Assembly (NCBI RefSeq): GCF_000002865.3
Contig: NW_001865076.1
Coordinates: 199,570 to 263,569, forward strand
Length of the DNA: 64,000 nt
DNA from: Monosiga brevicollis MX1
Lineage: Eukaryota
Reading direction: 5' to 3'
Both the position numbers and the translations under genes were made by a program. Below, one piece after another: positions 37,947 through 51,068 of the stretch (position 1 is its first letter; every line of letters begins with the position of its first letter). The notes beneath the pieces were generated by a model that saw only the letters and a list, made by a program, of their open reading frames with translations, did no database searches and was not told the DNA's origin.

Positions 37947-40900
37947 CTAAACCTCTGAAACCGAAATGTTGATCCGGCTGTCTGAAGAGTTTGAGTCAGT
38001 GACGCGGGTGCCTGTGCGGGGGCCCAAGACGAGGCCACCTTCGTCATCAACATTGTCGGTCTCGCTGTCTTCCGTATCGGCCTCGACGTGGCTCGTCTGG
38101 GCCGCGCTCACGGGTGAAGTGTCCTCAGCAATCAGCTCGAGGTGCGAGCCATGAGATCGAGGCCCGGTCAGGTCCACAAAGGAAGGGTTGCGGCGTGGAC
38201 CAAAGCTGCCACCCAGTCGAATCTGGCTCGCTGTTCGGCTTAGCGACGGTGGCGTGGCAGAGACGGCACCAAAGTCGTCAATTAAGGGGGCTGGCAAGTC
38301 AACCTCGTCCAAGTCATTCTCGGCCCCGCGGGTAATCCAGTCTGACTCGTCCCGCTTCTAAAGAAAGGATAAAAAGCAAAAAAGACCAATGAGGATTCAA
38401 GCCGCGATCCACACAACCGCCAGGAACATCTCACTGCATTGTTCCAGTCTCGCACTCACCTTGACGGCCACAGGACCCAGCACAAATATGAGGGCCGCGG
38501 GTGGGGCGTCGGTGGGCAGTACGCGGTAAATGCCCGCTGGCACCACCTCGTGAGGACCAATCAACAGCGACGCCGACATGGTCTGCAACGAGCCAACCCG
38601 GTCCATTTGCACGGGGGCGGACGTGTTCCTGTGAATTCCATGTCATACGCACAAAGCCGACGCCATGAGACCGGGCCGGGGCCTGCAATACGCTGCAAAG
38701 GCTTCGTGGACATGCCAAACAGGAGGTGCGAAGTACCATGCCCGAGTAGTAGCGCCATACCTTTGCAAGGCTCGCCCCTGCATCTCTTGGCTGTAATCTT
38801 CATGAAGCTGTGGACCTGTGCTGAAGACTTGCTCTGTAAAACAAATCGGCACAGACCAGTCACCACAACATCAGGAGTCCAAGCTGCAGCTGGCGGCGCT
38901 AATGTCGTGCAAGAAAGAAAAAGACAAAACAAAAAAAAAAAACGCAAGACATTTCAGTAGACATGGCATGCACGTACCAAGCTGCTCGGCCAAACGATGC
39001 TGGCCTTCATCCAGGGCAGACAGTGAAATTTCCGCTGGGGTGAAGCGTGTGTGATCCGCGCTAAGGCTCGAAGCCAGTGATGGGCTGCCGCTGATGGAGC
39101 CTGGCGTAGAAACGTAGCGCTGACGTCGCTCCTTGTTTTCCTTCCGGTGAAACGGCCGCAACAGAACCAGTCTCCCTCGCAACATCAAGCCAGCCGTCTC
39201 CAACTATAATACAGGCCACCGCCAGACACCATGTGAGCACACAGCTGATTCTTGCCCCAAAGACTAGACTTCTATAAATAGCATGGCAAGCGGGGAGGAT
39301 GTGGCAGGCCACGTACCCGTAGTTCATCCCCGGCTTCAAAGTAGGCGGGTTGTCCGGCCTTGATAAAGGGCCAAATGTTTTCTTGCACAGCCATGGGCGC
39401 CTTGGCAATGTTTTCCGCTGCCGGGACCACGTAGGCCAGCTCTTGAAAAAGCTCCTGACGATTCTTGTACGCCAGATGGAAAGCCGCAATCTCAAAAAGA
39501 TTCTCCTTGATCTTGGTCCATTTGTTGATCAAATCAATAAAGACAGTCATGCGCAGGCTCAAAACATGCAGGTCACTCTTGCCCATGGCCTGCACCATGA
39601 CGCAGCCGTCGGCACCAGATATCGCCTCGATGGCCCCCACAACACGGCCCGGGCCCAAGTGATCGACCTGCACAGGCAGACCAAGTGCGGTGAATCACGG
39701 CGGCGCAGCACTCGAAGCAACATAGACACCCACGTCAACAGACAGGATCAAAGACCAACTACTCGGCTGCGTCGGCATACCTGTTCAGAGCTGATGACCA
39801 TGCGGGCATAGCCGCGCACAATGACATAGATGCACTCCACGGGTTTGCCGTGCTGAATGAGCGTCTGGCCATCTTTGAGCTCGATGGACTCACACACCTC
39901 TAAGAATTCGCGCATGCATTCCGGGGAAGCGCCTTGAAAAAGGCGAGACCAGCGCAGGATACCCTCGGGCGATGGATAGGGAAAGCAGACAGAGTGCTGC
40001 AAAAGCTTTGAGCGCTTCTTGCGAATGGCTTTGAGCAGGTGCTTGCGCTCTCGCGAGGTGAGCACGCCCCGTTTGAACTTCTCCTGAATCCAATGCTCCT
40101 GGTGCGTCACCAGGAGGGACGCTGCGGTCCGGGAACGAGCTGATGAAATGGCGTTTTGATTGAGCATGCGCAAATGGCTTCGGGCTTTGGTCGTGTTGGT
40201 TGCAGACTCGGCTGCCAGCATGTCCCGTTGCGCCGCCGTGTCCAGCACGTCGTTCAAAATGCCATGCAAATCTCCATTTGCCTACCGGTCGGACATGCTG
40301 TCAGTCAAAGCAAAGACATCATGTTGCCAACGGGCAAATTGCGTGACGCGCATGCTCAGCGGGCGCCATTCAAGCAGCAGTGCCTACTTTGCGGTGAGCG
40401 GCAAGGTAGACATCAATGACGTTGGCCGTTTGGCTTGCATGCTGTGAAACCAGCCAGTGCGAGAAGCGACGACACCAATGGCCGGCTCGCCCTGGCAAGC
40501 TGAGGTTGTCGATCCAGCAAATGTAGGCAGGAACGGCGACAAAGCTCTGCAGCTCGTCTGACCAGTCACACAAGACTTGGCGTGGATTGCTCTTGATTCG
40601 CTCCTCGGCAGCTTCAGTGGCTTGCATCAGCAGTGCCACGTTGTTTCGGTCCAAAAAGCCAGCCTCGAAAAACTCCCAGTATATAGACTAAGCGCACCAC
40701 CGACACATTGAGCAGGCGGCAAGCAGGATCCCAAGTTGCAACGGCCAGTGCCTAGCTCGCCCTCAGCTGGCTGAGCCGTGACTGACCTTGCATGATTCCA
40801 AAAAGAGGAGGCGGGCCGTCTGCAGATGCTCCGTTTCAAAGCTGACCTGCAAGTGCTCACGGCCTGAAAAAATAATCATAAGAAAAAACAAAGATGAAAA

Positions 40901-43900
40901 AAAAAAAAAAAAGGGGTTTTTTTTTAACAGCAGAAAAACCTCATATGAGCAAAGCCAGCGCGCTTGCTAAAGTGGTCCAATGTCGGGCCAAACCTCACGT
41001 ACCAAAGAAGTTGCGTAGCTGATGGTGTTCATGGTGGTGGTGATGGCCCTTTTTCCCGTGCTGGTGATTGTGATGTCGATGGCGCAGGCGCGCGTTCTTG
41101 CCTGAACGGTTGGGTGTGTGGCCGTTGCCAATCACCCCTGCACCTTGGGCGGAAGGCATTGTCGGAGAATGTGCGCTATCGACACTACTGTCCGACTCGG
41201 GAATATTGGTGAGTGCCTCGTTGACCTCAAACCTGGCCGATGCGCTTCCGCGACGAGGCCGAATGGGCTTCATTCCCGCTTGCATGCTACCGTGGTCGCT
41301 GCCCTGCGATTTGATCGAGGTCATGCTTGCCACACGGTGGACGGCAAGCTCAAGACCAAGATCGCTGCTTGAAGCGGCCTCGCTCTGCGAGCGGCGCACA
41401 GCCAAGCCGCGATGCGTGTTCGATGCGCTTGCGGCGCTTGGGGTCGATGCCTCTGCTACCACTGATGGCTTGTCTGACTGTACTGGCGCTTGCTCGGGAT
41501 TGGTATTCGTCGTGGCGTTGGGTGCGAGCGATGGTGAAGATGTGACTTCAACAGCCGTGTCAGATTGACTAGCATTCCTCAACGTGGGAGCCCCACTGGT
41601 GCTGGCTTCGCTGGCATCCTCGATAGTAGGCATTCGCTCAAGGTGAGCGTGATGACGGGACATGTTGGGTAAACTGTGGGTCGATGTGTTCCCAGCTAAC
41701 CGGGTACAGGGGCAAACATGCAGTGATCAACGTGAAACGAGGGACTTGGCAACCAAGCAAACAAAGCGTAGACCTCAGTCAAACCCGGGCCCGGACCCAA
41801 CCACTCTTGCGGCTTACCGTTGGTGCCTTGAGATGGAGTTGCTTGGCTGGGGACATGGGTGTGGTCGGCGTCTGTGTCCTCCAGCGTCAGCTCAAGTTCA
41901 CGGGTTAAGCGGTGACGCTGGGCCGCTGTGGAAGCGGGTCGTGGCGGTGTGTCTGCGTCCTGCTCTTGGCCAGCAGAGGACATGGATGCAGACATTTGCG
42001 ACCCGTTTGCGTCCAGACGCGGTGCTTCTTTGGGCAGCTCCTCTTCCGGGTCATCCAATTCGTGAATGGCAGCCGACGTTGGCGTTTCATTCTGCGCAGC
42101 GAGGCTGTGAGTCCATTTTTTGGGGATGCTCGCCCGGAACAGGCCGCAAACTGATACTGAAAAGGCAATGCTCCGAGCGGGGTTCAGAGCAGGGGAAAGC
42201 GGTGACTCACATAGTCGGCCCGACGGAGGGACATGACTTTATCCGGGTCCATTTCTTCAAAGGCTGCATCCTATCAGAGGTCAATAGCAAATTGCAAATG
42301 AGAAATGAGAAATCTGTTCGGCCACCGCGAAGACAAGTACAAACAAAGGCACTCGAGGTGGGAGAAGGCTGCACGTGGCAAGCAACGTGGGGGCCAGGGG
42401 GGCAGAGCAAGATGACATCTGTTTTAAACCCAGAACAAGAGACGAACAGGATCAAAGAATTTGCGTGAAGACTTGACATCAGGCATGACAAACTTCAGCA
42501 CCTGCACACACGGGCGGGAGGGGCACAAAAGTCGTCGCCTTGTGAGCCTAGGAAATGAGAACGGTTCTGACTCTTTGGTCTCTGTCGCTTTAGACCCATG
42601 CCATGAACGAGAGATGGGAAGGAAGGAGAGCAACCGATGAATCGAACCTCATCCCAATTGCACATCGAAAAGAGCTTATCGCGGCTGAGCAGATCGGCAG
42701 AGCTGGCGGTGTAGTTTGCCAGTGTTTCCGTGGCCTTGTCAAAGACGTGCCGCTGGCCCGCCGGCTCCTCGGTCAGCTTGAGCCAATTGATAAGAACGGG
42801 TGTTGTTGTCGCGTTGATGAGCAGGGTGAGAACGGCAATACCACCTGCACCCAATGAACGCGACACAGTGAGCTCAAGCGTTGAGAAGATTCCATGCAAC
42901 AGAGCGTTGGAACGAGCTTGGAAACCCATCTCGCGTTTCCAACCCTGGCTAGACGCACCGGCGTAAAACAAGGTTTTCTCCCGAACCGTGTCGCTCAAGC
43001 CAAGCTCTCCCTCGGCTTCATCCAGGGAGACGGCAAGGCCCAGCGCAAGGGAGACGGCACCACGCAAGCCACCATGTGAGGTGATGAGCACTTCGCGCCA
43101 GGAGATGCTCTTGTAGCCCGTCATGATGAGGAATGGCGTGCACATGAGCAACATGGCCAGTCGAATGATGTAGAGGAAGATCCAGAGGACAAAGAGGTAG
43201 CCGTAGTCACGGCCTTCGATATTTTCAAAGTCTACATTCAAAACCAAGACCACGCCCTGACGACAAGCCCTTGATGAGAACGAGGGACGATCTTGTCTGC
43301 ATGCGCTGGAAGCGAAGCGGGTGCTCTTCTTCGGGGAGAATGACACAGCTGACACACCACGAGGAGAAAAATGATTGTATTGCCGTGGTAGGTAAGCAGG
43401 CTCCACCAAGCATGTGTGGCCGATTCTGAGTTGGGGCTAATGCTAGCTCGACCAAAGGAAGCAAAGCAGACACCTAGGACCACGAGAGCCAGCACGCCTG
43501 CATTGCCAAGTCGTCGTGGTCGCAGTTTGTGGTTTGTGGTGACAAGCGTGTCCGTGCCGTGAGTCAGGAGAGGTGATGACAAAGAGCGAGCAGGCTGCAA
43601 TTGACAAGGTTGTCCAGAGTCTTGGCCGGCATTCCAAGGGCTGGAAAGCCAAAACAGATAGGAACAGATAGGAACAGACCTGAGACTTGAACAACGTCTT
43701 CGGCAATGTAGAAGAGAAGGTATGCAGAGGCAAATGTCAGAGTGACCTCGATCAGCTCGTCGTCAAGGACGTGCCGCATCCACGAGACGGTAACAAAGCC
43801 CCACAAAAGACCGAGCGCCGGTCCACCAAGAGAGAGCTGGGCGCCTTGGGCCACAATGTCGCCCGCCGAGAGATGTTCACCTCGGGCCAGCTGCAGGAAG

Positions 43901-44793
43901 ACCTTGTAAGCGACGATGGCCGTGCCATCATTCAGCAGAGACTCTGACTCGATGAGGGTGGCGAGTTGGATCGGGCCACCCAGTTCGCGCAGCAGCGCGA
44001 CCACGGCGACGGGATCTGTCGCGCTGAGCAAGGTGGCGAGGAGAAACGCCTCCTCCCACGAAAAGGACGGCAGGACAATGGCGTGAATGACGACAGCCGT
44101 CAACGCAATGCAAATGAGCAGGCCAGGTACTGCAAGGACCAGGGCTGGCCAGATGACCTGTACTCATTTGTACGTGGGATTTTGACACGGTCAAGTGGTG
44201 AGAGGCTTGGACATGAGAAGAGGGCGGAGCGGTCTGGGGACGAAGAATCTGGGTACGGTCGGATGAGCCGGGTCCTCACTGACTTGCTTAAAAGTGAACC
44301 ATTCAAGGTTGAAAGCCGATTCAAAGATGAGCATGGGCAGGAAGATGATGAGCAAAAGCTCGGGCTCAATGGCCGAGACAAGGTTTGAGGCATCCTCGAG
44401 TTTGCCCAAGCCCAAGGTGTCAAGAGCTGCAAAGGCCATGCCCACCAGGAGCAAGCTGGCATAGCATAGCAGAGCCGTTGGGTTGGGGACGAGGCGTGAG
44501 CGGGCGCGAGACCTTGCAGGGATAGATGTGCCAACGAGGCCAGCGCAGGCTGGACGCAGGGCGTACATGACAGTGTAGGGCAAGGGGAGGTACGGCTGAC
44601 AGGCGCGAGCCAGAATACCCAGGATGAGGCCGAAAAAGACAAAGAGGATGACGTCTTGACCGGCGGGTCCTTCGGAAGGAAAGGCATCGCTGAGTTGCTC
44701 GGTCGAGTCTTGGGCCAAGGTTGTAGGTAGGAGTGCCAGCCCCAGCCCCAGCCCCAGCAGCAGTGTCAAAAGTGAGCGCGGCATGGATGGCAT
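37947..44793 (-). CDS. SOS1/NHX7-type (SLC9C-related) Na+/H+ antiporter with C-terminal cyclic-nucleotide-binding-like domain(s), multi-exon
   Basis: Signal peptide; LPYTV, IFLPMLIFESAF, LSATDPVAVVALL, IESESLLNDGTAIV, GGLRGAVSLAL, INATT; YWEFFEAG..LLMQ..LCDW; CNBD ELKDGQTLIQHGKPVECIYVIVRG..LGPGRVVG. Confidence 0.9.
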
Positions 44794-45654
44794 GGCGTTC
44801 TGCGCCGCTGCCAGCGAGCCCTGGACCGGGCGCATGATGGTGGATTTAACCCCCAGCCAAGGTCTACCGGGCAAGGTGAGCACAGAGGGAAGAGCAAGGA
44901 TGAGGAGAGTCTTGCGCCCCTCTCTGCACGCCTTGTGTTCTGACTAAGTCGCATCTGCCGCTCTCGCTTGTTTTGAGCCATGTGGGAGGGTCAAGTGCAA
45001 TTGGCGCAGAGTTGGATACCTGGAGATGAGCGCGGCAACTGCGATCCCACTCCCAAAAGAAGAGAAAAAATGGCGGTGTGGCGCTGCGATGGTCGTTGTG
45101 GTGCCTCTGGCTGTCGGCCGGAGGGAAGGATGGGGGTTGGAACAAGCAGGCAGAGGCACAATGGGACATTAGTGATGAAAGCTGGCACCGCGTGCCACAG
45201 TGCCAGACAAGGCCAGTGGACTGAGGTCAGGTGGAAGCGAGGTGGAAGCGAGGGGGGATGCGAGCGTGGGAAAAGGGGACACTCGTGGCATGGACGTGCC
45301 AAGCCTTGACGTCTCAGCCCTCCACCAGCGTAGGGGGCACCGTCACGGCAAGAGCGACGCCTTGGCGGGTCTCACCTTGCCGATGTATCCCCCAAGGCGA
45401 CGCAGGAGAAGGAGGAAGGAGGAGGAGGAGGAGGCACCGAGTCACGCTTCAAACCTCGGATCACGAGGCAAGGGGGGGGAGCGTTCTTGGACAACAGCTC
45501 CTGCGAGCACTGGAGCTCTTGTAGCTTCTCAAGCCAGTGACCGCCCTGAACACCACCGATAGCTGCACAGGACGTATAATATGTAGCAGATGCAGCAGAC
45601 ACCCCGCCCTCCCTACCCAGCTCTACCACTGGCACACCCACAGGTACAGCCACA

Positions 45655-45860
45655 GAGAGACAGAGAGACAGAGAGCCACAGAGCCAGAGAGAGGTGCACG
45701 AGAGAGAGAGAGAGAGAGAGAGCGAGAGACAGAGAGACAGAGAGAGAGAGAGAGTGTGTGTGTGTGTGTGTGCGTGTGTGTGTGTCGAGATGATGATGAC
45801 AATTCGCGTGTGTGTGTGCGTGAGAGAGAGAGAGAGAGAGTGTGTGTGTGTGTGTGCATG
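45655..45860. repeat. Compound (GA)n/(GT)n microsatellite
   Basis: Alternating GA and GT tracts. Confidence 0.9.
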
Positions 45861-46302
45861 TGTGATATTTTGTTTGTTGATTCAGCTTTTTCGTCATCAG
45901 CGATAGGAAGCACACAGCGGTAAGAGGATAAGAGGGCAAGGGTGTGTGTGCTCTTCGCTTCTCTTCACGAGGCATGATCACCAGAAGACTCGCATCTTGA
46001 CCATCTTTGACTTTTGTTTTTGACCCTCCTCTCCCTTTCTCCCCCTCCCGCTTCCTCACGCGGTGGTGTCTCTTGCAGCAACCAAAGGCGTTTTGCATCG
46101 AGCGCACCCTATCCACACAAAACGCCAATCGCGGCCTTGCAATCCCGACGACCTGTCTTCTGATCTCTCGCTTTCTCACGCTCTCTCCCTAGTACTGCGG
46201 ACAAGACAAAGGAAAAAGTCGCAAACATGTGCTCAAAGTAAAATACTTACAGGTTTCTTGAAATGTCTCATTGCGCTCGTCGGATGTGTGCATGCATGCG
46301 AA

Positions 46303-46352
<50 letters not shown>
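46303..46352. repeat. (CA)n microsatellite
   Basis: Perfect CA run. Confidence 0.95.
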
Positions 46353-46354
<2 letters not shown>

Positions 46355-46744
46355 AGCGCGGTGGGGCAGAGAGCGACTTATTGCTGACACGGTGCGCGGT
46401 GGCCGTCAGGTGCAGTGCCACCGAAAGACGCAACTTTGCGCTGGTCGTTCAAATCACCAAGGCTCTGAAAGATACCGACCGTGCTGGCTTGCCAAGATGG
46501 CGGGCTTGTTCGTCTTGTCAAAGCGCAATGGCTCAAACGTTGGCTTTGATGCTGATCTGCCCAATTTGGGCCGCGAGCACTGGCCAAGCCGTGCCCCGAC
46601 AATGCTCTATCTGTGTGTGGCTATGCCATATGCCATACGGTGCCTCTCATTGCGCTTGCCTTGAGGGCTTGACCTGCTGGTTTTGACGCGACCTGCGAGG
46701 ATTGCTTTTGCCTCGCCCCTGGTCAAAGTCTGGCCCAGGCGCGG

Positions 46745-47100
46745 GAAAAGCCTGCCTGACATTGTCGTAAGTTGTGCCTACAGGCGTTATATTTTATGGT
46801 ACCGCAACCTGAGCCAAGGCACCTTCGTATCCCGACCGCGGCCTTTGGGACCAATGCTATGCCCGCTTTGGATGTGAACAATGATGGCGATTTGGATTTC
46901 TTGGGGCGGCCAGCACCGATGGCGACCAGCTCTCCTGGTACCGCAACCTGTGTACTGGCACCTTTACCAAAGTTGTGATTGACGCAGCTGCCGATGGCGT
47001 GCAAGCTGTCATGGCCGCGGACCTGGACGACGATGGTGTCCTAGAGCTCGTCGCCGCGTTGCGCGAGGGACAACAGCTCCTCTATGACAACGTGGAGCGA
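46745..47100 (+). pseudogene. Decayed FG-GAP/VCBS beta-propeller repeat fragment
   Basis: LPDIVVS..ILWYRNLSQGTF / (frameshift) ALDVNNDGDLDFL / (frameshift) DQLSWYRNLCTGTFTKVVIDAAADGVQAVMAADLDDDGVLELVAA. Confidence 0.7.
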
Positions 47101-47713
47101 TGGGCCTGATGCAATGGTATCTGAATGGCAGTGGTAGAATAAGATAGCGTGAATGGGCGATCGCTTCGGCATGCGATTCTTGTTCGATCCTGTATGAATG
47201 CGTGTCTGGACTGGGTTTACGTCTTGGCATGCTCCCCATATCAAGCATATCAAACAGATTCATATGCCCCACGCCCCCCGTTCATGTGATTATGCATCTG
47301 GGCTAAGGGGTTTGGTTAATTTGGACCAGTTTTGTGTGCACGCGTGTGCTTGCTTTTTATCAGCCCGCATCTATCGGCTGCCAGCTTCACCTTGCTCCCC
47401 ACTTGCAATGATCATGATCATCGTTGGTCACGGAGCGCATTAGTTTGCCCTTTTGACATACGCATGTACAGTAATGTAATTGATGTGGTCTGCTCGAGCG
47501 ACGATGGCACGTGTCGGAGCTGGATGAGCTTGGTCACGTGCAAGGAAACAATGCGCTCAAGAAAAACCGTTTCGAGCCGTTCGGCAGCGCACGCCAAAAA
47601 CCGGGCCAAAATGTGTATTTTTAGATGATGAAGCTTTTCAGACTCGATGCCATCATTCTTCTTCAAGCGTGTCAATTGCATTTTTTTTCTTACTTTTTTC
47701 CTTCTCCCTCTCC

Positions 47714-47736
47714 TTTTTTTTTTTTTTTTTTTTTTT

Positions 47737-47821
<85 letters not shown>

Positions 47822-47830
47822 TTTCTTTTT
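47714..47830. repeat. Poly-T + (TTTC)n microsatellite
   Basis: Perfect TTTC run. Confidence 0.95.
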
Positions 47831-47894
47831 TCTTGTTGTACTTTTTGGCCCGGTGGCTCTCTCAGCATGTTGTCTGAACGCGAGACCCGTCAGC

Positions 47895-50800
47895 ATGGCT
47901 CAGGATCAGGCCTTGGAACTTGTGAAGCAGCTCAAAGGCTTGAATCTGAGTCCTGAATCGATCACGTTGCAGCTGGATCGTCTTCATGAGCGACAAGCAG
48001 CGGAGCGAAAAGCAGAGCGCGAGCGTGAGCGGGAGGAGCGACAAGCAGAGCGCGAGCGTGAGCGGGAGGAGCGACAAGCAGAGCGCGAGCGTGAGCGGGA
48101 GGAGCGACAAGCAGAGCGCGAGCGTGAGGAGCAAGACAAGCGAATCAAAGCGGTTGGTTGATTGGGGCATCTCGCGACCCCTCTATATGCTGTGCTGTGC
48201 AACAATGCAAATGTCTGAGACGAAGGATGAATCAAAGCTTATTCCCACCTCTTGTCTGTGTGCTCGTCAGTATGAGTACCTTGAGGATCATTTCGAGTTG
48301 CCTCAGAACTCTAACCTTTTTGAGCATGTAGCCAGCATGTCAGCGGAGAAGCTCTCCCTGATGTACGCTCGATGCCAGCACCACAAAGTCTCTTGTGCTC
48401 TGCTCGAGAACATTTTGCCGATTTCCGGTAACGTTTCGCCTGGGCTTGAAAGTCGACAGCCGTTTCGTCACCCGCATGCTTTTTTGCACCAACCCGACGC
48501 CCGACGCGCAAGCTCACCACGGTGCCCTGGGACTGTCAATGCTTTGATTGTGGTGTGTTTGTTTTTGTTCTTGGCTTGGACTTTAGGGCACACTTGGAAC
48601 GAGCGGGAGGAGCAGCAAGCAGAGCGCGAGCGGGAGGAGCGACAAGCAGCGGAGCGACAAGCAGCGGAGCGACAAGCAGCGGAGCGACAAGCAGCGGAGC
48701 GACAAGCAGCGGAGCGAAAAGCAGAGCGCGAGCGTGAAGAGCAAGACAAGCGAATCAAAGCGGTTGGTTGATTGGGGCATCTCGCGACCCCTCTATATGC
48801 TGTGCTGTGCAACAATGCAAATGTCTGAGACGAAGGATGAATCAAAGCTTATTCCCACCTCTTGTCTGTGTACTCGTCAGTATGAGTACCTTGAGGATCA
48901 TTTCGAGTTGCCTCAGAACTCTAACCTTTTTGAGCATGTAGCCAGCATGTCAGCGGAGAAGCTCTCCCTGATGTACGCTCGATGCCAGCACCACAAAGTC
49001 TCTTGTGCTCTGCTCGAGAACATTTTGCCGATTTCCGGTAACGTTTCGCCTGGGCTTGAAAGTCGACAGCCGTTTCGTCACCCGCATGCTTTTTTGCACC
49101 AACCCGACGCCCGACGCGCAAGCTCACCACGGTGCCCTGGGACTGTCAATGCTTTGATTGTGGTGTGTTTGTTTTTGTTCTTGGCTTGGACTTTAGGGCA
49201 CACTTGGAACTAAAAAGGCGTCATCTTCGAACGCGGAAGCCTATTTACCTAGCAAGTCACCTTCACAGACCCCAAAAATTAGTGACATCAACGACAATGC
49301 GGCGGCCGTCTTTGGTATCGTGGAGTTGCCTCCGAGCTGTCATTACCTGGCCCTTGGGATCGTCCAGCGAGCTGCCAAGCTGTTGTCTGCTCATGATCAA
49401 CTGCCTGAAAAAGGCATCCATACTGAGTTTACAGCCGCATACCAAGAGTTCAGCCAGGTGCACAATGACCTGCAGCACGAACCGTACTATTCGACGCGGA
49501 TATCACTGGCTCTACACAGTTTCTTTGATTTTGTGCGCTTGACGCACCAGGCATCAGTTGGAGCCAACAGCATGCACGCTGACTGGATAGGTTTCGACTC
49601 CGACCTGCACCCAGTCGTCATGGGCGAGTGCAAAAGGAATTTCAAGCACTTTGGCAACTTTGGTGGCCAAGTGGGCAACCAGGTTGTGCGCCTTGGCATC
49701 CAGCCGACGACAAATCACATTACACAGGAGAGGCAACACCTGTTCTATCCGCTCATCAACATCAATGTGTGTGGCAACATTCTGACCGCTTATTTGGTCC
49801 TGCACTTGACCCGCCAGAAGACGGTTGCTCTGGTTGAAAAAATGACGGGCCTCAAGAAGGACTACCACCTGGCTTTTCTCCGGCTTGGATCCGCCCGAAT
49901 TTCCAGCAACCCCAAGGACCAACAGGCTGTCTGGGCGCTTTTGTCAGCTTGCAATGATTTTGTGTCAGGTCCCTTGCGGGCTATTATCAAGGAGTACCGT
50001 GATACCAAAAAAACTCAATTTGCCTCCGAGCCCTTTCCCTGCCCGGCTCCGGACATGGTAGGGTGGACCTGCAACGAAACGTACGGGCCCAATGTGCAGC
50101 AGTACGAGCATGTCAGTGGCGGGTCGTGGGTCATCAAGCACTACGACTATTGGGGCCGCCATGCTGAGGCTTTTGGTACAAAGGCGTACCAGATTGCTTC
50201 CCGTGATGCTCGCCTACCACCATCACTCGAGCTGCTCAAAGCACTTGAACAGTTGCCAAAGACGGGCGAGTTTTACCGGGCGTGGGTGGTGAAGAAGCTT
50301 GCGACCGAGGTGGTGCTTCTCCGTTATCCACGGGTAGAGACAGCCCCATGTGGCCTTCATGCGCCGCTCCAGCTGAGCGATGTCACTGCGCAGGTGCAAG
50401 CGTTGCACAACATTGGCTTTGTGCACGGCGACATCTTGTCTCGCAACATTCTCTTTTGTGACAACTGGCAACCGGAGGATTGGATGTTTCAGTCGCCCAG
50501 CTGGGAGGAGGGGCAGCACAGCTCCGGTGCTCGGTCTGGCGCATCTCCGAAGAGTCGAGTGTCCTCCGCGGAAGCAGCCTCAGTGAAAGAAGCTGTGCAA
50601 ACTGAGAAGGCGACAGCCAAACAGCCGATGGCTTTCCTGATTGATTTTGACCTGGGTGGTTTTCTTCACGAAAACGCAACGTATGCACCCAGCTTCAACT
50701 GCTATGACGACCTTGAGATGTACCGCCATCCAAATGCCAGGCCAAATTTCAAACTACAAAAGTTGCACGACGGCTATGCATTGGCTCGCGTGGCGGAAGA

Positions 50801-51068
50801 GATGCTGGAGGACAACGACGCCCGTAAGAAGCTGGTCGAGGCGTTGGAGGCGGTCAAGTTGGACGAAGCCATCGAGCTGTGCAAGGCCTGCACTGGCCGT
50901 CAAGGGGTGAATATGGTCACCAAGGCATCGGGTAGCCCCCCGCGCGACACGGCGGGTGGTCCAGCGCGCCCCACACCTCGGTCACGCCGCTCAAACCCTC
51001 TGCTTTCTGATTCTCAGCAAACACGTCGTCATCTCACTCCGGTCCAAGAGGACACCGCCAGTGCGTAA
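47895..51068 (+). CDS. Crinkler(CR)-type effector-like protein: helical E/R-rich header + PD-(D/E)xK nuclease-like domain + kinase (5' splicing uncertain)
   Basis: Header MAQDQALELVKQLKGL..(ERQAERERER)n; main exon from about 49197; HADWIG..PVVMGECKRN..GQ; kinase VIKHY, LHNIGFVHGDILSRNIL, LIDFDL, YRHP..HDGYAL. Confidence 0.7.
48111..49210. repeat. Internal ~490-bp direct duplication (offset 610 bp) in the header of the CR-like gene
   Basis: 48111-48600 matches 48721-49210 with two mismatches seen (gag/gaa, tgc/tac). Confidence 0.92.

Noticed and set aside
37947..44793. Sperm-type voltage-gated SLC9C1
   Set aside because: No S4-like RxxR voltage-sensor segment found; SOS1-like organisation instead
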